The notes below the pieces were generated by a model, which saw only the letters and a program-made list of their open reading frames with translations, ran no database searches and had not been told where the DNA came from. Shown here one piece after another: positions 36,830 through 50,109 of a stretch of DNA of 64,000 nt. The first letter of the stretch is position 1; every line of letters starts with the position of its first letter. The stretch lies in contig OZ024764.1 in NCBI GenBank assembly GCA_964016885.1, positions 15,438,001 to 15,502,000 of the forward strand. Reading direction: 5' to 3'. The stretch comes from Eledone cirrhosa. Its lineage: Eukaryota. The translations under genes were made by a program, and so were the position numbers.

Positions 36830-39800
36830 TAGACAGTGTATCTAGGACTACGTTAGATAATGTAGTCCTAGGTACACTGTGTCTGTATATAAGACAGTAC
36901 ACATTAGATAATGTAGTCCTAGGTAGACTGTCTGTATATAAGACAGGACACATTAGATAATGTAGTCCTAGGTAGACTGTCTGTATATAAGACAGGACAC
37001 TGTGTCTGTATATAAGACAGTACACATTAGATATTGTAGTCCTAGGTACACTGTGTCTGTATATAAGACAGTACACATTAGATATTGTAGTCCTAGATAT
37101 ACTGTGTCTGTATATAAGACAGGACACATTAGATAATGTAGTCCTAGATACCTAGATACACTGTGTCTGTATATAAGACAGGACACATTAGATAATGTAG
37201 TCCTAGGTAGACTGTCTGTATATAAGACAGTACACATTAGATATTGTAGTCCTAGATATACTGTGTCTGTATATAAGACAGGACACATTAGATAATGTAG
37301 TCCTAGATACACTGTGTCTGTATATAAGACAGGACACATTAGATAATGTAGTCCTAGATACACTGTGTCTGTATATAAGACAGGACACATTAGATAATGT
37401 AGTCCTAGATACACTGTGTCTGTATATAAGACAGGACACATTAGATAATGTAGTCCTAGATACACTGTGTCTGTATATAAGACAGGACACATTAGATAAT
37501 GTAGTCCTAGGTACACTGTGTCTGTATATAAGACAGGACACATTAGATAATGTAGTCCTAGGTATACTGTGTCTGTATATAAGACAGGACACATTAGATA
37601 ATGTAGTCCTAGGTAGACTGTGTCTGTATATAAGACAGGACACATTAGATAATGTAGTCCTAGATACACTGTGTCTGTATATAAGACAGGACACATTAGA
37701 TAATGTAGTCCTAGATACACTGTGTCTGTATATAAGACAGGACACATTAGATAATGTAGTCCTAGATACACTGTGTCTGTATATAAGACAGGACACATTA
37801 GATAATGTAGTCCTAGATACACTGTGTCTGTATATAAGACAGGACACATTAGATAATGTAGTCCTAGATACACTGTGTCTGTATATAAGACAGGACACAT
37901 TAGATAATGTAGTCCTAGGTACACTGTGTCTGTATATAAGACAGGACACATTAGATAATGTAGTCCTAGGTATACTGTGTCTGTATATAAGACAGGACAC
38001 ATTAGATAATGTAGTCCTAGGTAGACTGTGTCTGTATATAAGACAGGACACATTAGATAATGTAGTCCTAGATACACTGTGTCTGTATATAAGACAGGAC
38101 ACATTAGATAATGTAGTCCTAGATACACTGTGTCTGTATATAAGACAGGACACATTAGATAATGTAGTCCTAGATAGACTGTGTCTGTATATAAGACAGG
38201 ACACATTAGATAATGTAGTCCTAGGTATACTGTGTCTGTATATAAGACAGGACATTAGATAATGTAGTCCTAGGTAGACCGTGTCTGTATATAAGACAGG
38301 ACACATTAGATAATGTAGTCCTAGATATACTGTGTCTGTATATAAGACAGGACACATTAGATAGTGTAGTCCTAGGTACACTGTGTCTGTATATAAGACA
38401 GGACACATTAGATAATGTAGTCCTAGGTACACTGTGTCTGTATATAAGACAGGACACATTAGATAATGTAGTCCTAGATACACTGTGTCTGTATATAAGA
38501 CAGGACACATTAGATAATGTAATCCTAGGTACACTGTGTCTGTATATAAGACAGGACACATTAGATAATGTAGTCCTAGATACACTGTGTCTGTATATAA
38601 GACAGAAGACATTAGATAGTGTAGTCCTAGATACACTGTGTCTGTATATAAGACAGGAGACATTAGATAATGTAATCCTAGATACACTGTGTCTGTATAT
38701 AAGACAGGACACATTAGATAATGTGGTCCTAGATACACTGTGTCTGTATATAAGACAGGACACATTAGATAATGTAGTCCTAGGTACACTGTGTCTGTAT
38801 ATAAGACAGGACACATTAGATAATGTAGTCCTAGATACACTGTGTCTGTATATAAGACAGGACACATTAGATAATGTAGTCCTAGATAGACTGTGTCTGT
38901 ATATAAGACAGGACACATTAGATAATGTAGTCCTAGGTACACTGTGTCTGTATGTAAGACAGGACACATTAGATAATGTAGTCCTAGATACACTGTGTCT
39001 GTATATAAGACAGGACACATTAGATAATGTAATCCTAGATACACTGTGTCTGTATATAAGACAGGACACATTAGATAATGTAGTCTTAGATACACTGTGT
39101 CTGTATATAAGACAGGACACATTAGATAATGTAGTCCTAGATATACTGTGTCTGTATATAAGACAGAAGACATTAGATAGTGTAGTCCTAGATACACTGT
39201 GTCTGTATATAAGACAGGACACATTAGATAATGTAGTCCTAGATACACTGTGTCTGTATATAAGACAGGACACATTAGATAATGTAGTCCTAGATATACT
39301 GTGTCTGTATATAAGACAGAAGACATTAGATAGTGTAGTCCTAGATACACTGTGTCTGTATATAAGACAGGACACATTAGATAATGTAGTCCTAGATAGA
39401 CTGTGTCTGTATATAAGACAGGACACATTAGATAATGTAGTCCTAGGTACACTGTGTCTGTATATAAGACAGGACACATTAGATAGTGTAGTCCTAGATA
39501 CACTGTGTCTGTATATAAGACAGGACACATTAGATAATGTAGTCCTAGATACACTGTCTGTATATAAGACAGGACACATTAGATATTGTAGTCCTAGATA
39601 CACTGTGTCTGTATATAAGACAGGACACATTAGATAGTGTAGTCCTAGATACACAGTGTCTGTATATAAGACAGGACACATTAGATAATGTAGTCCTAGA
39701 TATACTGTGTCTGTATATAAGACAGGACACATTAGATAATGTAGTCCTAGATATACTGTGTCTGTATATAAGACAGAAGACATTAGATAGTGTAGTCCTA

Positions 39801-40440
39801 GATACACTGTGTCTGTATATAAGACAGGACACATTAGATAATGTAGTCCTAGGTACACTGTGTCTGTATATAAGACAGGACACATTAGATAGTGTAGTCC
39901 TAGATACACTGTGTCTGTATATAAGACAGGACACATTAGATAATGTAGTCCTAGATACACTGTGTCTGTATATAAGACAGAAGACATTAGATAATGTAGT
40001 CCTAGATACACTGTGTCTGTATATAAGACAGGACACATTAGATAATGTAGTCCTAGATACACAGTGTCTGTATATAAGACAGGACACATTAGATAATGTA
40101 GTCCTAGAGACACTGTGTCTGTATATAAGACAGGACACATTAGATAATGTAGTCCTAGAGACACTGTGTCTGTATATAAGACAGGACACATTAGATAATG
40201 TAGTCCTAGATACACTGTGTCTGTATATAAGACAGGACACATTAGATAATGTAGTCCTAGATACACTGTGTCTGTATATAAGACAGAAGACATTAGATAG
40301 TGTAGTCCTAGATACACTGTGTCTGTATATAAGACAGAAGACATTAGATAGTGTAGTCCTAGATACACTGTGTCTGTATATAAGACAGGAGACATTAGAT
40401 AATGTAGTCCTAGATACACTGTGTCTGTATATAAGACAGG
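36830..40440. repeat. 51-bp minisatellite (~70 copies)
   Basis: Unit acactgtgtctgtatataagacaggacacattagataatgtagtcctagat; ends in 'agacaggatgatcacagctgga...ctgacctggggttaaacaacaacaac'. Confidence 0.98.
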
Positions 40441-41589
40441 ATGATCACAGCTGGATCAAGACTGACCTGGGGTTAAACAACAACAACAGAAGCATGAATA
40501 ACAATAACAATATTTTATACAAGTAAATTTTAAAATACAGACATAGAAAAATAATAAAAAGCACAGGCATAACTGTAGTTTAGTGAGCCTCACCACATAC
40601 AAGGTCCTGTGACCCCTGGGGGAGTTGTAAGGGAGCTGTACTGATATACAAGGTTTCTAGGTAATTTTTAAAAACCTGATGAAGCCCATCTCCTCTCCAG
40701 CTCTCACTACAGTAGATTTCTTCCCAAGAAGGATAGAGAGAGTGAGAGAGATGTATAGAGGAAGATTTGACCTCAGTACTTGACTGCTACTTATATCTAT
40801 ATATGGTCGGGTCGTCGGCGATTAAACCGGCAACCCCACCAAGCTTGCTTGGTGAGGAGGGTGATATTTGACACCCTGCCAGGATGAAATGCAAGACCCG
40901 GCAAAGGGCAGAGTCAACAGCCATTAAAATAGTACTTCCCCGCTTTTTTTTTTTTTTAACCTGGTTGTGAAAGGCCCCCAGTTGTTGTCACAACACCTTT
41001 CTAGGAGGGAAACTCTGAAAAAAAACCTGCAGCTTCGGAAACATCCGATGATGTTAACCAGTTCTCCTTTTTGGGTGGTGTTTTTGATGCTCAGAGAGTG
41101 GGATTGCTCGAGTGCAAGGCCTTTCCCCACTTAAAAAAACCTTCTAAGCTCAGGCATTGCTTGTTCAGGATATGTTACAGGTTTGTGTGGCTGGTCGTAG
41201 CCTAAAAGGTAGACCATTTTCTGTAATCTGACAAGTGATTGCTGTACTCTTAGCAGAGTTTGTAGCCATCATATATATACATATATACATGTGTGTGCGT
41301 GAGTGTCTGTGAGTAACCTAGGTTCAATCGGAGGTAACCACAGCAAGGTACTCAATACACAGCAGAGTATAAATATTTAAAAGAATCTACCCCAGTATTT
41401 AACCGGTACTTTTTTTTATCAGCTTTGAATGGATGAAAGGCAAAGTTGACCTCGGCGGGATTTGAACTGAGAGAGCAGAGAGACAGAACCAATGCCACAA
41501 GGTATTTATCTGACAGTCAAACAACTCCACCATGTTACTACCTTAACCACACATTAGAATCTCCTTTTAATACTGATTTTACTGGCTTC

Positions 41590-41868
41590 AGTCACATGGT
41601 GGTGCCACATGGTAGGACTCAATATTGAGTCATGTGCTGGTGCCACATGGTAGGACTCAATATTGAGTCATGTGGTGGTGCCACATGGTAGGACTCAATA
41701 CTTAGTCCTGTGGTGGTGCCACACGGTAGGACTCAATACTGAGTCCCGTGGTGGTGCCACACGATAGGACTCAATACTTAGTCCTGTGGTGCCACACGGT
41801 AGGACTCAATACTTAGTCATGTGGTGGTGCCGCATGGTAGGACTCAATACTTAGTCATGTGGTGGTCA
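41590..41868. repeat. 38-bp minisatellite (~7 copies)
   Basis: gtggtggtgccacatggtaggactcaatacttagtcat. Confidence 0.92.
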
Positions 41869-42091
41869 CCACTGTCAAAATAATAGTTTCTGATTTAGGC
41901 ACAAGGCCAACAATTTGAAAGGGATGAGGGGAAAGTCGGTTAAATCAACCCCAAGTTCATTACTGGTACTCTATTTTATCGACCCCCGTAAGGATGAAGG
42001 GCAAAGCTAACCCTGGCTGGGAAACATGTTATCCAACGCTCTTCTGATTCTATTACCAAACCACCATCTTGTCACTGTCCATTTAACAATC

Positions 42092-42370
42092 TAGGACTGG
42101 CTAGTCAAGAGTGATGGTCACTATAGCTATGGCTAGAATTTAGGACTGGCTGGTCAAGAGTGATGGTCACTATAGCTATGGCTAGAATTTAGGACTGGCT
42201 GGTCAAGAGTGGTGGTCACTATAGCTATGGCTAGAATTTAGGACTGGCTGGTCAAGAGTGGTGGTCACTATAGCTATGGCTAGAATTTAGGACTGGCTGG
42301 TCAAGAGTGGTGGTCACTATAGCTATGGCTAGAATTTAGGACTGGCTGGTCAAGAGTGGTGGTCACTAAC
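42092..42370. repeat. 49-bp minisatellite (~5.5 copies)
   Basis: taggactggctggtcaagagtggtggtcactatagctatggctagaatt. Confidence 0.93.
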
Positions 42371-42540
42371 TACAGCCATGTTTACAATTTTAAAATACAG
42401 AAGTAAAAATGTGTTAGGAAAAAATGGATTGTAAGATCACAGACAACTTCCGGTAATCTCCGTGAGAGAACATGACAAGCAATTGGTCACAATCATTAGT
42501 AGTTATTGAACATGAAATGAAAAATAAAGACAAGAATGGT

Positions 42541-42977
42541 TTAACCCTTTAGCATTTAAACCAGCCGTATCCGGCCAGAATTCTCTCATCTCTTTCTGTT
42601 CAAACCGGCTGCAATTCTGCTCATACTGATATTAAGGTATTGTTCTCAAAATAAATATCAAAATTTTTTCAGATTCAATATTATGTGAGGTAAAGCCTTT
42701 ACTGCAGAATTACAATAGTATATATAGAGTAATGTAAATGTTAAAGGGTTAACCCTTTAGCATTGAAACCGACCATATCCAGCCAGAATTCTCTCACCTC
42801 TTTCTGCTCAAACCGGCTGTAACTGGCCACTCATACTTATGTTAAGATATTGTTCTCAAAGTAAATAATTACATCCTCAAAATCTCATAGATTCGATGTG
42901 AATAATTATGTGAGATAAAGCCTTTACTGCGGAATAACAATAGTAAATATAGAGTAATGTAAATGCTAAAGGGTTAA
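42541..42977. mobile_element. Two adjacent piggyBac-like MITEs sharing one TTAA
   Basis: ttaaccctttagc...ttaaagggTTAAccctttagc...gctaaagggttaa. Confidence 0.85.
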
Positions 42978-43021
42978 AGTGACAAGAAAAACTAATTAAT
43001 GAAATGTGACATCTCACACAA

Positions 43022-43226
43022 ACGAGGGTTGGATAAAAAGTTCATTACATAGACTGACCAAGATACTCTCATGGAATGACCAAATGAGGTTTATTTTTGT
43101 TAACAGTCCCTGGAAAAAATTCAATGCAGTTATTAATAAGAGGAGTTGAAATTTATGCATGCAAGATTTCACAGCACTAGCATCAGTCCTCCATAGTCAG
43201 TCTATGAACTTTCCAGCCCACCCTCC
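43022..43226. mobile_element. Mariner-like MITE
   Basis: Imperfect TIRs acgagggttggataaaaagttcat / atgaactttccagcccaccctcct. Confidence 0.55.
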
Positions 43227-43840
43227 TATGTAGGTTTAGCTGGCCTCCTACAAGGTTGTATCTCATAGGAGGTTTCTTGGGTGCTTTAAAGATAGGGACC
43301 CCAGTCCTATCATGTTGTAACAGCTCACACCTATGTAGGTTTAGCTGGCCTCCTACAAGGTTGTGTCTCATAGGAGGTTTATCTGGTGTTTTAATGATAG
43401 GGACCCCAGTCCTATCATGTTGTTACATCTCACACCTATGTAGGTTTAGCTGGCCTCCTACAAGGTTGTGTCTCATAGGAGGTTTATCTGGTGTTTTAAT
43501 GATAGGGACCCCGGTCCTAACATGTTGTTACAGCTCACACCTATGTAGGTTTAGCTGGCCTCCTACAAGGTTGTGTCTCATAGGAGGTTTATCTGGTGTT
43601 TTAATGATAGGGACCCCGGTCCTAACATGTTGTTACAGCTCACACCTATGTAGGTTTAGCTGGCCTCCTACAAGGTTGTGTCTCATAGGAGGTTTATCTG
43701 GTGTTTTAATGATAGGGACCCCGGTCCTAACATGTTGTTACAGCTCACACCTATGTAGGTTTAGCTGGCCTCCTACAAGGTTGTATCTCACAGGAAGTTT
43801 CATGGGTGTTTTAATGATAGGGACCCCAGTCCTATCATGG
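43226..43840. repeat. 105-bp tandem repeat (~6 copies)
   Basis: ctatgtaggt at 43331, 43436, 43541; each unit contains an atgatagggacccc.gtccta.cat palindrome. Confidence 0.95.
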
Positions 43841-43954
43841 ATTAGATTAACATGAAATATAAAATGTCTTAATGAAAGAGACAGTCTAGGAATTGAACAC
43901 ACAACTGTTATGATGACAATGATGGTGGGTCATACAACCTTAACCACTAGGCTA

Positions 43955-44460
43955 TGAGAGAGAAAGAGAGACATAAAAACAATAGAGAGAAAGACATATA
44001 TATATAGAGAGAGAGAGAGATAGAAAGACATACAGGGAGAGAGACATACATACAATACAGAGAGAGAGAGAGAGAGAGACATACAGAGAGAGAGAGACAT
44101 ACCTACAATACAGAGAGAGAGAGACATAAAAACAATAGAGAGAAAGACATATATATATAGAGAGAGAGAGAGACAGAAAGACATACAGAGAGAGAGACAT
44201 ACATACAATACAGAGAGAGAGAGAGAGAGAGACATAAAAACAATAGAGAGAAAGACATATATATATATATAGAGAGAGAGACATACCTACAATACAGAGA
44301 GAGAGAGAGAGAGAGACATACAGAGAGAAAGAGAGACGGACAGAAGACAGACAAAAAAAGAGAGGGGAGGGGCAGACGGAGAGAGAAAGACAGCAAAAAG
44401 AGGGAAAGAGAGAGAGGGGGGTCGAGAAAGACAGACAAAAAGAGGGAGAGAGAGAGAAAG
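43955..44460. repeat. GA-rich low-complexity tract
   Basis: Direct reading. Confidence 0.9.
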
Positions 44461-44536
44461 GTGGGCGTGTAATTAAAAAAAAGTAACAACATCAACAAGG
44501 GAGGGGGGTTATCGATGTATCGAACCTTTGTCCAGT

Positions 44537-45694
44537 TTAGTGACTGTCCTGATCAGACCCTGCAGTCGAAGGTTGGTGATTGAGGGGCAAGAAACGAGAG
44601 ACCTCCTGGCGGAGTTGGTCAAATATTCGATCTGGAAGAGTAAACAGCGCCACGAAGGCGCAGAGGAGAGCTAACAATGCCACGGCCGTGAAGAGGGTGG
44701 ATGTAGACGATGACGTGGGAGATGCTGGCTTCCCACCTCTGCTCCCAGTTGTGTTTCTCTGCTGCTTATTCACGCTGATGTTATTGTTGTTGCTGTTGCT
44801 GTTAGTGGTGGTGGTGGCGGCGGCGGCGGTGGTCCTTGCTGAAGATTTGGGGGATTTTTGCGGTTGTGGTGACCCCTTGGTGGCGGTTCTAGGGTTGTTC
44901 TTTGGTTTTGGTGAGGAAGAAGTTGTGGCTGACATCCGACGTTGTTGCTGCTGTTGTTGTTGTTGCTGTTGCTGCTGCTGTTTCTGTGTGTGCTGTTGGT
45001 CCTTGTGTTTGTTGGTAGAATTACTAGTGTTGTTGTTGTTGTTGTGGTTGTTGTTGGTCTTGGAAGGTTGACGAGCGGCGGCGGCGGCGGCGGCGGCCTC
45101 CTCCATTTCCCGGCAGGCCGCTTCGTGTTCCTGTCTGCGCCTTTCCTTCTCGGCCAATTTCCTCGCCTTCTCCTTCTGCCGCCGGGTCTCCAGCCTGGCC
45201 GCCTCCCTTTCGGCCCTTCTAACCTCGCGGTCTTGTTCCAGTCGCTCAAAGTCGGCTCTGAACTGCTTCATGTAGCTGACAAGCATGTTGGCACAGTTGC
45301 GGCACTCGGAGTCGTTGAGGCAGTCCCCTGCCACGCTCCGGAGAACCGGGTTGAGGGGGTTGTCCTTCAGATCAAGCCACTTCAGTTTGGAAAGATCTCC
45401 GAACGTTAAGGGCAGAAGGGTTAACTGGTTGCCGAGCAGGTCCAAGTGTTTCAGGTTAACAAGGCTCCCGAAGTCGTCTGGAAGCTCCATGAGGCTATTA
45501 TTGCTGAGATCAAGCCTGGTAAGGTGAGTGAGGGAGGAACAGAAGTTGGCTGGTAGCTGGTTGAGACGGTTATAAGACAGATTCAGGGACGTAGCACGAG
45601 GTAACATGGCGATATCACGGACACTAAACGTGGCCAAAGAATTTAAACTAAGGTCCAGTTCTTTACCGTCCACTTTGTCCTTGTATTTCGACAT
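44537..45694 (-). CDS. LRRC59: Leucine-rich repeat-containing protein 59 homolog (LRRs, coiled coil, C-terminal TM helix), 385 aa, single coding exon
   Basis: DGKELDLSL...[12 protein letters not shown]...[10 protein letters not shown]...[15 protein letters not shown]...[32 protein letters not shown] matches the LRRC59 signature; EKERRRQE coiled coil; TM segment [18 protein letters not shown]; Kozak-like gccatcATG. Confidence 0.95.
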   Translation of the reverse strand: MSKYKDKVDGKELDLSLNSLATFSVRDIAMLPRATSLNLSYNRLNQLPANFCSSLTHLTRLDLSNNSLMELPDDFGSLVNLKHLDLLGNQLTLLPLTFGDLSKLKWLDLKDNPLNPVLRSVAGDCLNDSECRNCANMLVSYMKQFRADFERLEQDREVRRAEREAARLETRRQKEKARKLAEKERRRQEHEAACREMEEAAAAAAAARQPSKTNNNHNNNNNTSNSTNKHKDQQHTQKQQQQQQQQQQQQQRRMSATTSSSPKPKNNPRTATKGSPQPQKSPKSSARTTAAAATTTTNSNSNNNNISVNKQQRNTTGSRGGKPASPTSSSTSTLFTAVALLALLCAFVALFTLPDRIFDQLRQEVSRFLPLNHQPSTAGSDQDSH

Positions 45695-45824
45695 GATGGC
45701 CCTGGCAGGAGTGACACAGCTTTGTTACAGGGTTTTACTATATATATATATGTATATATATGTGTGTGGGAGAGAGAGAGAGAGAGACAATATACAAGTG
45801 TGTTTGTCTAGTATATATTTGGTC

Positions 45825-45861
<37 letters not shown>

Positions 45862-46168
45862 ATATATATACAGATGTTTACGTGTGTGCACTATGTATAA
45901 ATGTATATGTATATATATACATATATATATATGTGTGTGTGTATATATATATACAGATGTTTACGTGTGTGCACTATGTATATGTATATATATACATATA
46001 TATATATATACAGAGATGTTTACGTGTATGCACTATGTATGAATGTATATATATACATATATATATATACGTGTGTGCGTGCTTGTGTATATACAAATGT
46101 ATATGTATGTGCACTATGTATGAGTGTATATATATATATATGTATGTGTATATATATATATATATGTG

Positions 46169-46229
<61 letters not shown>

Positions 46230-46254
46230 ATATGTGTGTGTGTGTCTAACTCAC

Positions 46255-46345
46255 AAAAAGAAAGCGAAAAATATTCTTTACAAAATGTTCAAAATCTTAG
46301 ACATTGCTGAAGTGAAGACGTATCGAAGTTATGTATCGATAAATG
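46255..46345 (-). promoter_or_regulatory. Candidate LRRC59 5'UTR exon and DRE-type promoter element
   Basis: Minus donor GTGAGT at 46254, acceptor cctgccag at 45702 just upstream of the ATG, palindromic TATCGATA at 46334-46341. Confidence 0.4.
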
Positions 46346-46506
46346 AATTGATTTGCCGGTTTAAAGAGAGAGGCTGCTCGAGAGGAGAGCTTTACCCGAA
46401 GATTGGTGAATACGGCTGGATGATGCTGGACACAGTTCGAATTCCCGAGGAGTGGGGTAATGTTAACACATGAGCTATATAACAATACACACGCTATATA
46501 CTATAT

Positions 46507-46546
<40 letters not shown>

Positions 46547-47234
46547 GAAATCAGTGCGTGTTGACGTGGTGGTACATGTATGTATATATATATTTGTATG
46601 TGTATATATATATATATATATTTGTATATATATAAAGGAGGTGATCGGGGGTGTGTGTGGATGTGGTAAGAATCTCCAGTACTCCAAGCTAGACGTGGCC
46701 TCACATGTTGACAAAGACACGTATATGTATATCAGGCGGATGTTCAACACTGTAATTGCCTCCCTTGAAGGAACGCGGGTGTGCTACAACATAGCTGCTT
46801 CTCCGATACAAAGTAGATGTTCTACAACGTAATTGTTCTTCTCGTTCCACAGGGCGGGTGTTCAACAGTATGGTTGCTGTTCTTGATGCCGAGCGGATGT
46901 TCAACATTCAAATTGTCTCCCTTTAAACAGGGCGGATATTCTACACCATAATTCCTACCTTTAAACAGAACGGATGTTCTACATTGTAATTGCTTTTTGG
47001 GGCGCTTTGTCCAAGGGGAGGTAACTGCTTGTCTATTCCCTCCCCCGCCTCGCCTCATTTCATATTTCCCGGCGAGCGAGGAAGACCATCTGTCTATCTA
47101 TCTATATATTTTGCTACCTTGCTATATATCTATCTAGCTTTATGTTTATCCATCTGTCTATCTAGTGAGCTACCTACCAACCTAGCTATATATCTATCTA
47201 GCTATCTTCGTAGCTAGCTATGTCTATCTATTCA

Positions 47235-47735
47235 TTTAAGAACGAAGGAGAAGCGGTTTTCCTCTGTCTGGTGGCTATGGCGAAAGAGGTAATATGGTGG
47301 ACGAGGTTAAAAGGACTGAGGGCAAACACCTTTCTCCCCGGACAACAACTTATCCCCTTCTTTAAGTATCACTTCAGAAGGAAGGTGAGAGAGAGAGAGG
47401 TGCTACACCCTAGTAAATTCGCTGAAAGGTGGGTGAATGTGGCAAAAATGGCCCGAGTGAATGGGCCTTCTCTGTATATAAACCTGAAGGTTGAGGAAGA
47501 TAAAAAGAGGGAAGACGGGAACACCTACAAAACGTGTTCCTGGTGTTGAGGGTTGTTCTATCCACGGGGTGTAAAACAACCCTGCAGTAACGTCCCCCTC
47601 TATTGGGGATTTCAATTATTTTATTATATATAGTTTATTGTTATTTATTAATGTTAAAGTTATTTTTATGTAAAACCCCCGCCATCTTGTAATGTCCCAT
47701 TTTTGTACGCCCCCGTGGCAAATAAAGAAAGATAT
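47235..47735 (+). mobile_element. L1/Tx1-like LINE 3' end
   Basis: AVFLCLVAMAKEVIWWTRLKGL...SKFAERW; homologous to 32970-33460. Confidence 0.65.
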
Positions 47736-48266
47736 CTATCTGTTTGCTCATGTATCTATCAATCCAGTCAGTTTGTTAGCTGTTTTTATTCTATATATTC
47801 ATTAATCAATAGCAAAAGTGATAGTAGCCATATTCTGGATGTCGACCCAACAGTAATTTAGATCAAGACATACATAGAAAGATATATCATCATTTTTACA
47901 GCTACTTTTCCATGCTGCCATGGTTTGAATAAGTTGTTATGGAATAAGTTTCTTTTTCAGAGTTACTGTCCTCCTAGATGGGTTGGAGGTTTACAACTTT
48001 CCTGTATGTCATGGTTTTTATGGTAGAATGCCCTTCCTGCTGTATCATACAAAACAATACAGTATTCTAAAAACCAGGATACACCATCCAGTTATACATA
48101 TATAACTAGTTGGTATAGATTTTTCTATTTTTATGGGCATGACCCAAATTGTGACAACTAAAATTTTGAAAAAAAATAATAAACAACCTTCGGCCTCCAG
48201 GACGCATGGTAGATTTTTGAGACTTATTTTAGGAAAAAAGTAGCATCTTCGACACTGGGAAATTTG

Positions 48267-48300
<34 letters not shown>

Positions 48301-48994
48301 CAGAGTTTTCTAGCTTGCTCGACAACATTAGCACCACAATCTTAACTTCCGAATGCAGTATAGGCACACAGAGAATTAAGGAAGCCCTCTTAATCAAGCA
48401 ATTAAAACTTAAGATCAATAATCAAATGGAATGAAGTGCACAAGAATGGCTAATTTAAAAGCCTGTATTCCAACATCCCAGCGGCCAGTTTCATTCTTTC
48501 TTTGAAATTAAATACGGTAATTCTTTTTAGACTGTGGCCATGCTGGGGCACTGTCTTCTCTTACTGGGTTCAATCATTAGACTTCCTTGTGTAAGAAAAT
48601 GGTATGCAATGCCCAATGCTAATTCGTAAATTTCCCAGAAACCATTAATGGAATCGCAATTTTTTTTTTGTCCACGGCAATGCGAGGGGACTAACTAATG
48701 TGTGCTGCAAATCTCGAGGAAATCAGCTGAATTATCTTTTAAGTTACGCCTCAAAAAAAACGTGGTTTTTCGCCTAAAAAATTAAATTTTTTTTAACCCA
48801 TTGCACTTCAAGAAATATGTTATGCATGTGTAAAGTTTGAAAAAAATCAGTCGGTACTTCTCAATTTTTAGGGATTTACAGACAGACATCCTCTGTTTTA
48901 TATATAGAGAGAGATTAAATAGCTCTGTACTATACATTGAGCACTCTTCTTTCCTTTACCTGTTCTACAGAAATACTTAAAACATATATATATA

Positions 48995-49565
48995 TCATCA
49001 TCATCATTTTACGTCCGCTTTTCCCTGCTTACAAGGGTAGGGTGGGTCCTATTCAGTACAGCATCTCTCCACTTATCACGGTCCTTCGTCATTTCCTCTG
49101 TGAGGCTTCAGCGATCTGAGGTCAGCTTTCACCACCTCCGCCCATGTTTTTCATGGTCTTCCTTCTACTGGGATTTCTTGTCCATACCATCTCAGTCTTC
49201 TCTTTCACACACTACAACTTATCCCTCTTATACAGTTTCTTTCTCAACTCATCCATGCTTAGTGAATCACGTACATCGACACTGCACATCCAACGGAGCA
49301 TGCTTGCCTCATTTCTCTCCAGCCATCGCATATCCTCTGCAGTTGCTGCCCATGTCTCACTACCATGCAGCATCGCACAAGCATCATATAACCGGCCTTT
49401 CGTACACAGGGAGAAACCCTTCTTTGTCAACAGAAGAAGCAGCTCCCTAAACTTCTTCCAACTTGTCCTTATTCTAGATAATATGGCCTCAGAGCACCCT
49501 CTTCCCTTGCTAATCTGTTCACCTAGGTACCAGAAGCTATCAACCACTTCTATAGAACCTGCCTA
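48995..49565 (-). mobile_element. RTE LINE 3' fragment
   Basis: VDSFWYLGEQIS...SWKKFRELL...KGRLYDAC..MLHGSETWA...RNEASMLRWMC, plus the RTE tail. Confidence 0.92.
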
Positions 49566-50109
49566 AATTTGAAAAATGCGTCTATCACTGCGATTACTGT
49601 CAACTTTCCCTGTACATCTACTGCATATATAGTTTTCCCTACCTGCTATCCAACTACATCTCTTGTGCACCCAAGATCTGCATTGCGTACATTTTATATA
49701 TGTGGTATTTTGTACATTTTAGGTTTATATATGTTACTGTGTATTATTCAATATAAATATATATATAGAGAATGTAGAATGTAGAATATAGTAGGAATTA
49801 GATTGGGTTGGGGAAATCAAAGTCTATATCAAAATGCAATGGTTTTTTTACTCAATAGGTGAAAGGTTTATCAAGTGTTTCTGTGGTGGTTAACCTAAGG
49901 GACAATGAAAGTAATTCCAGTTTTTAGTTAAGGGTCCATGCTGAACAGTTATACAATAGAACAGAGGTAATAGTTGCCTGAAAGAGGCTCCCTTTTCATG
50001 TTGTCTGGAAGTCTAAGAGATAACTTATTAGTGGCACCTGAGGCCAATGTGTGTTTACATCACTTTCACAGCTAGTCTTTCCTACCCAGATAAGTATATT
50101 CTACACAGT

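Noticed and set aside
36771-40419. 412/783/732-aa ORFs
   Set aside because: 51-bp satellite translations; frames swap at 2-bp indels, showing no coding constraint.
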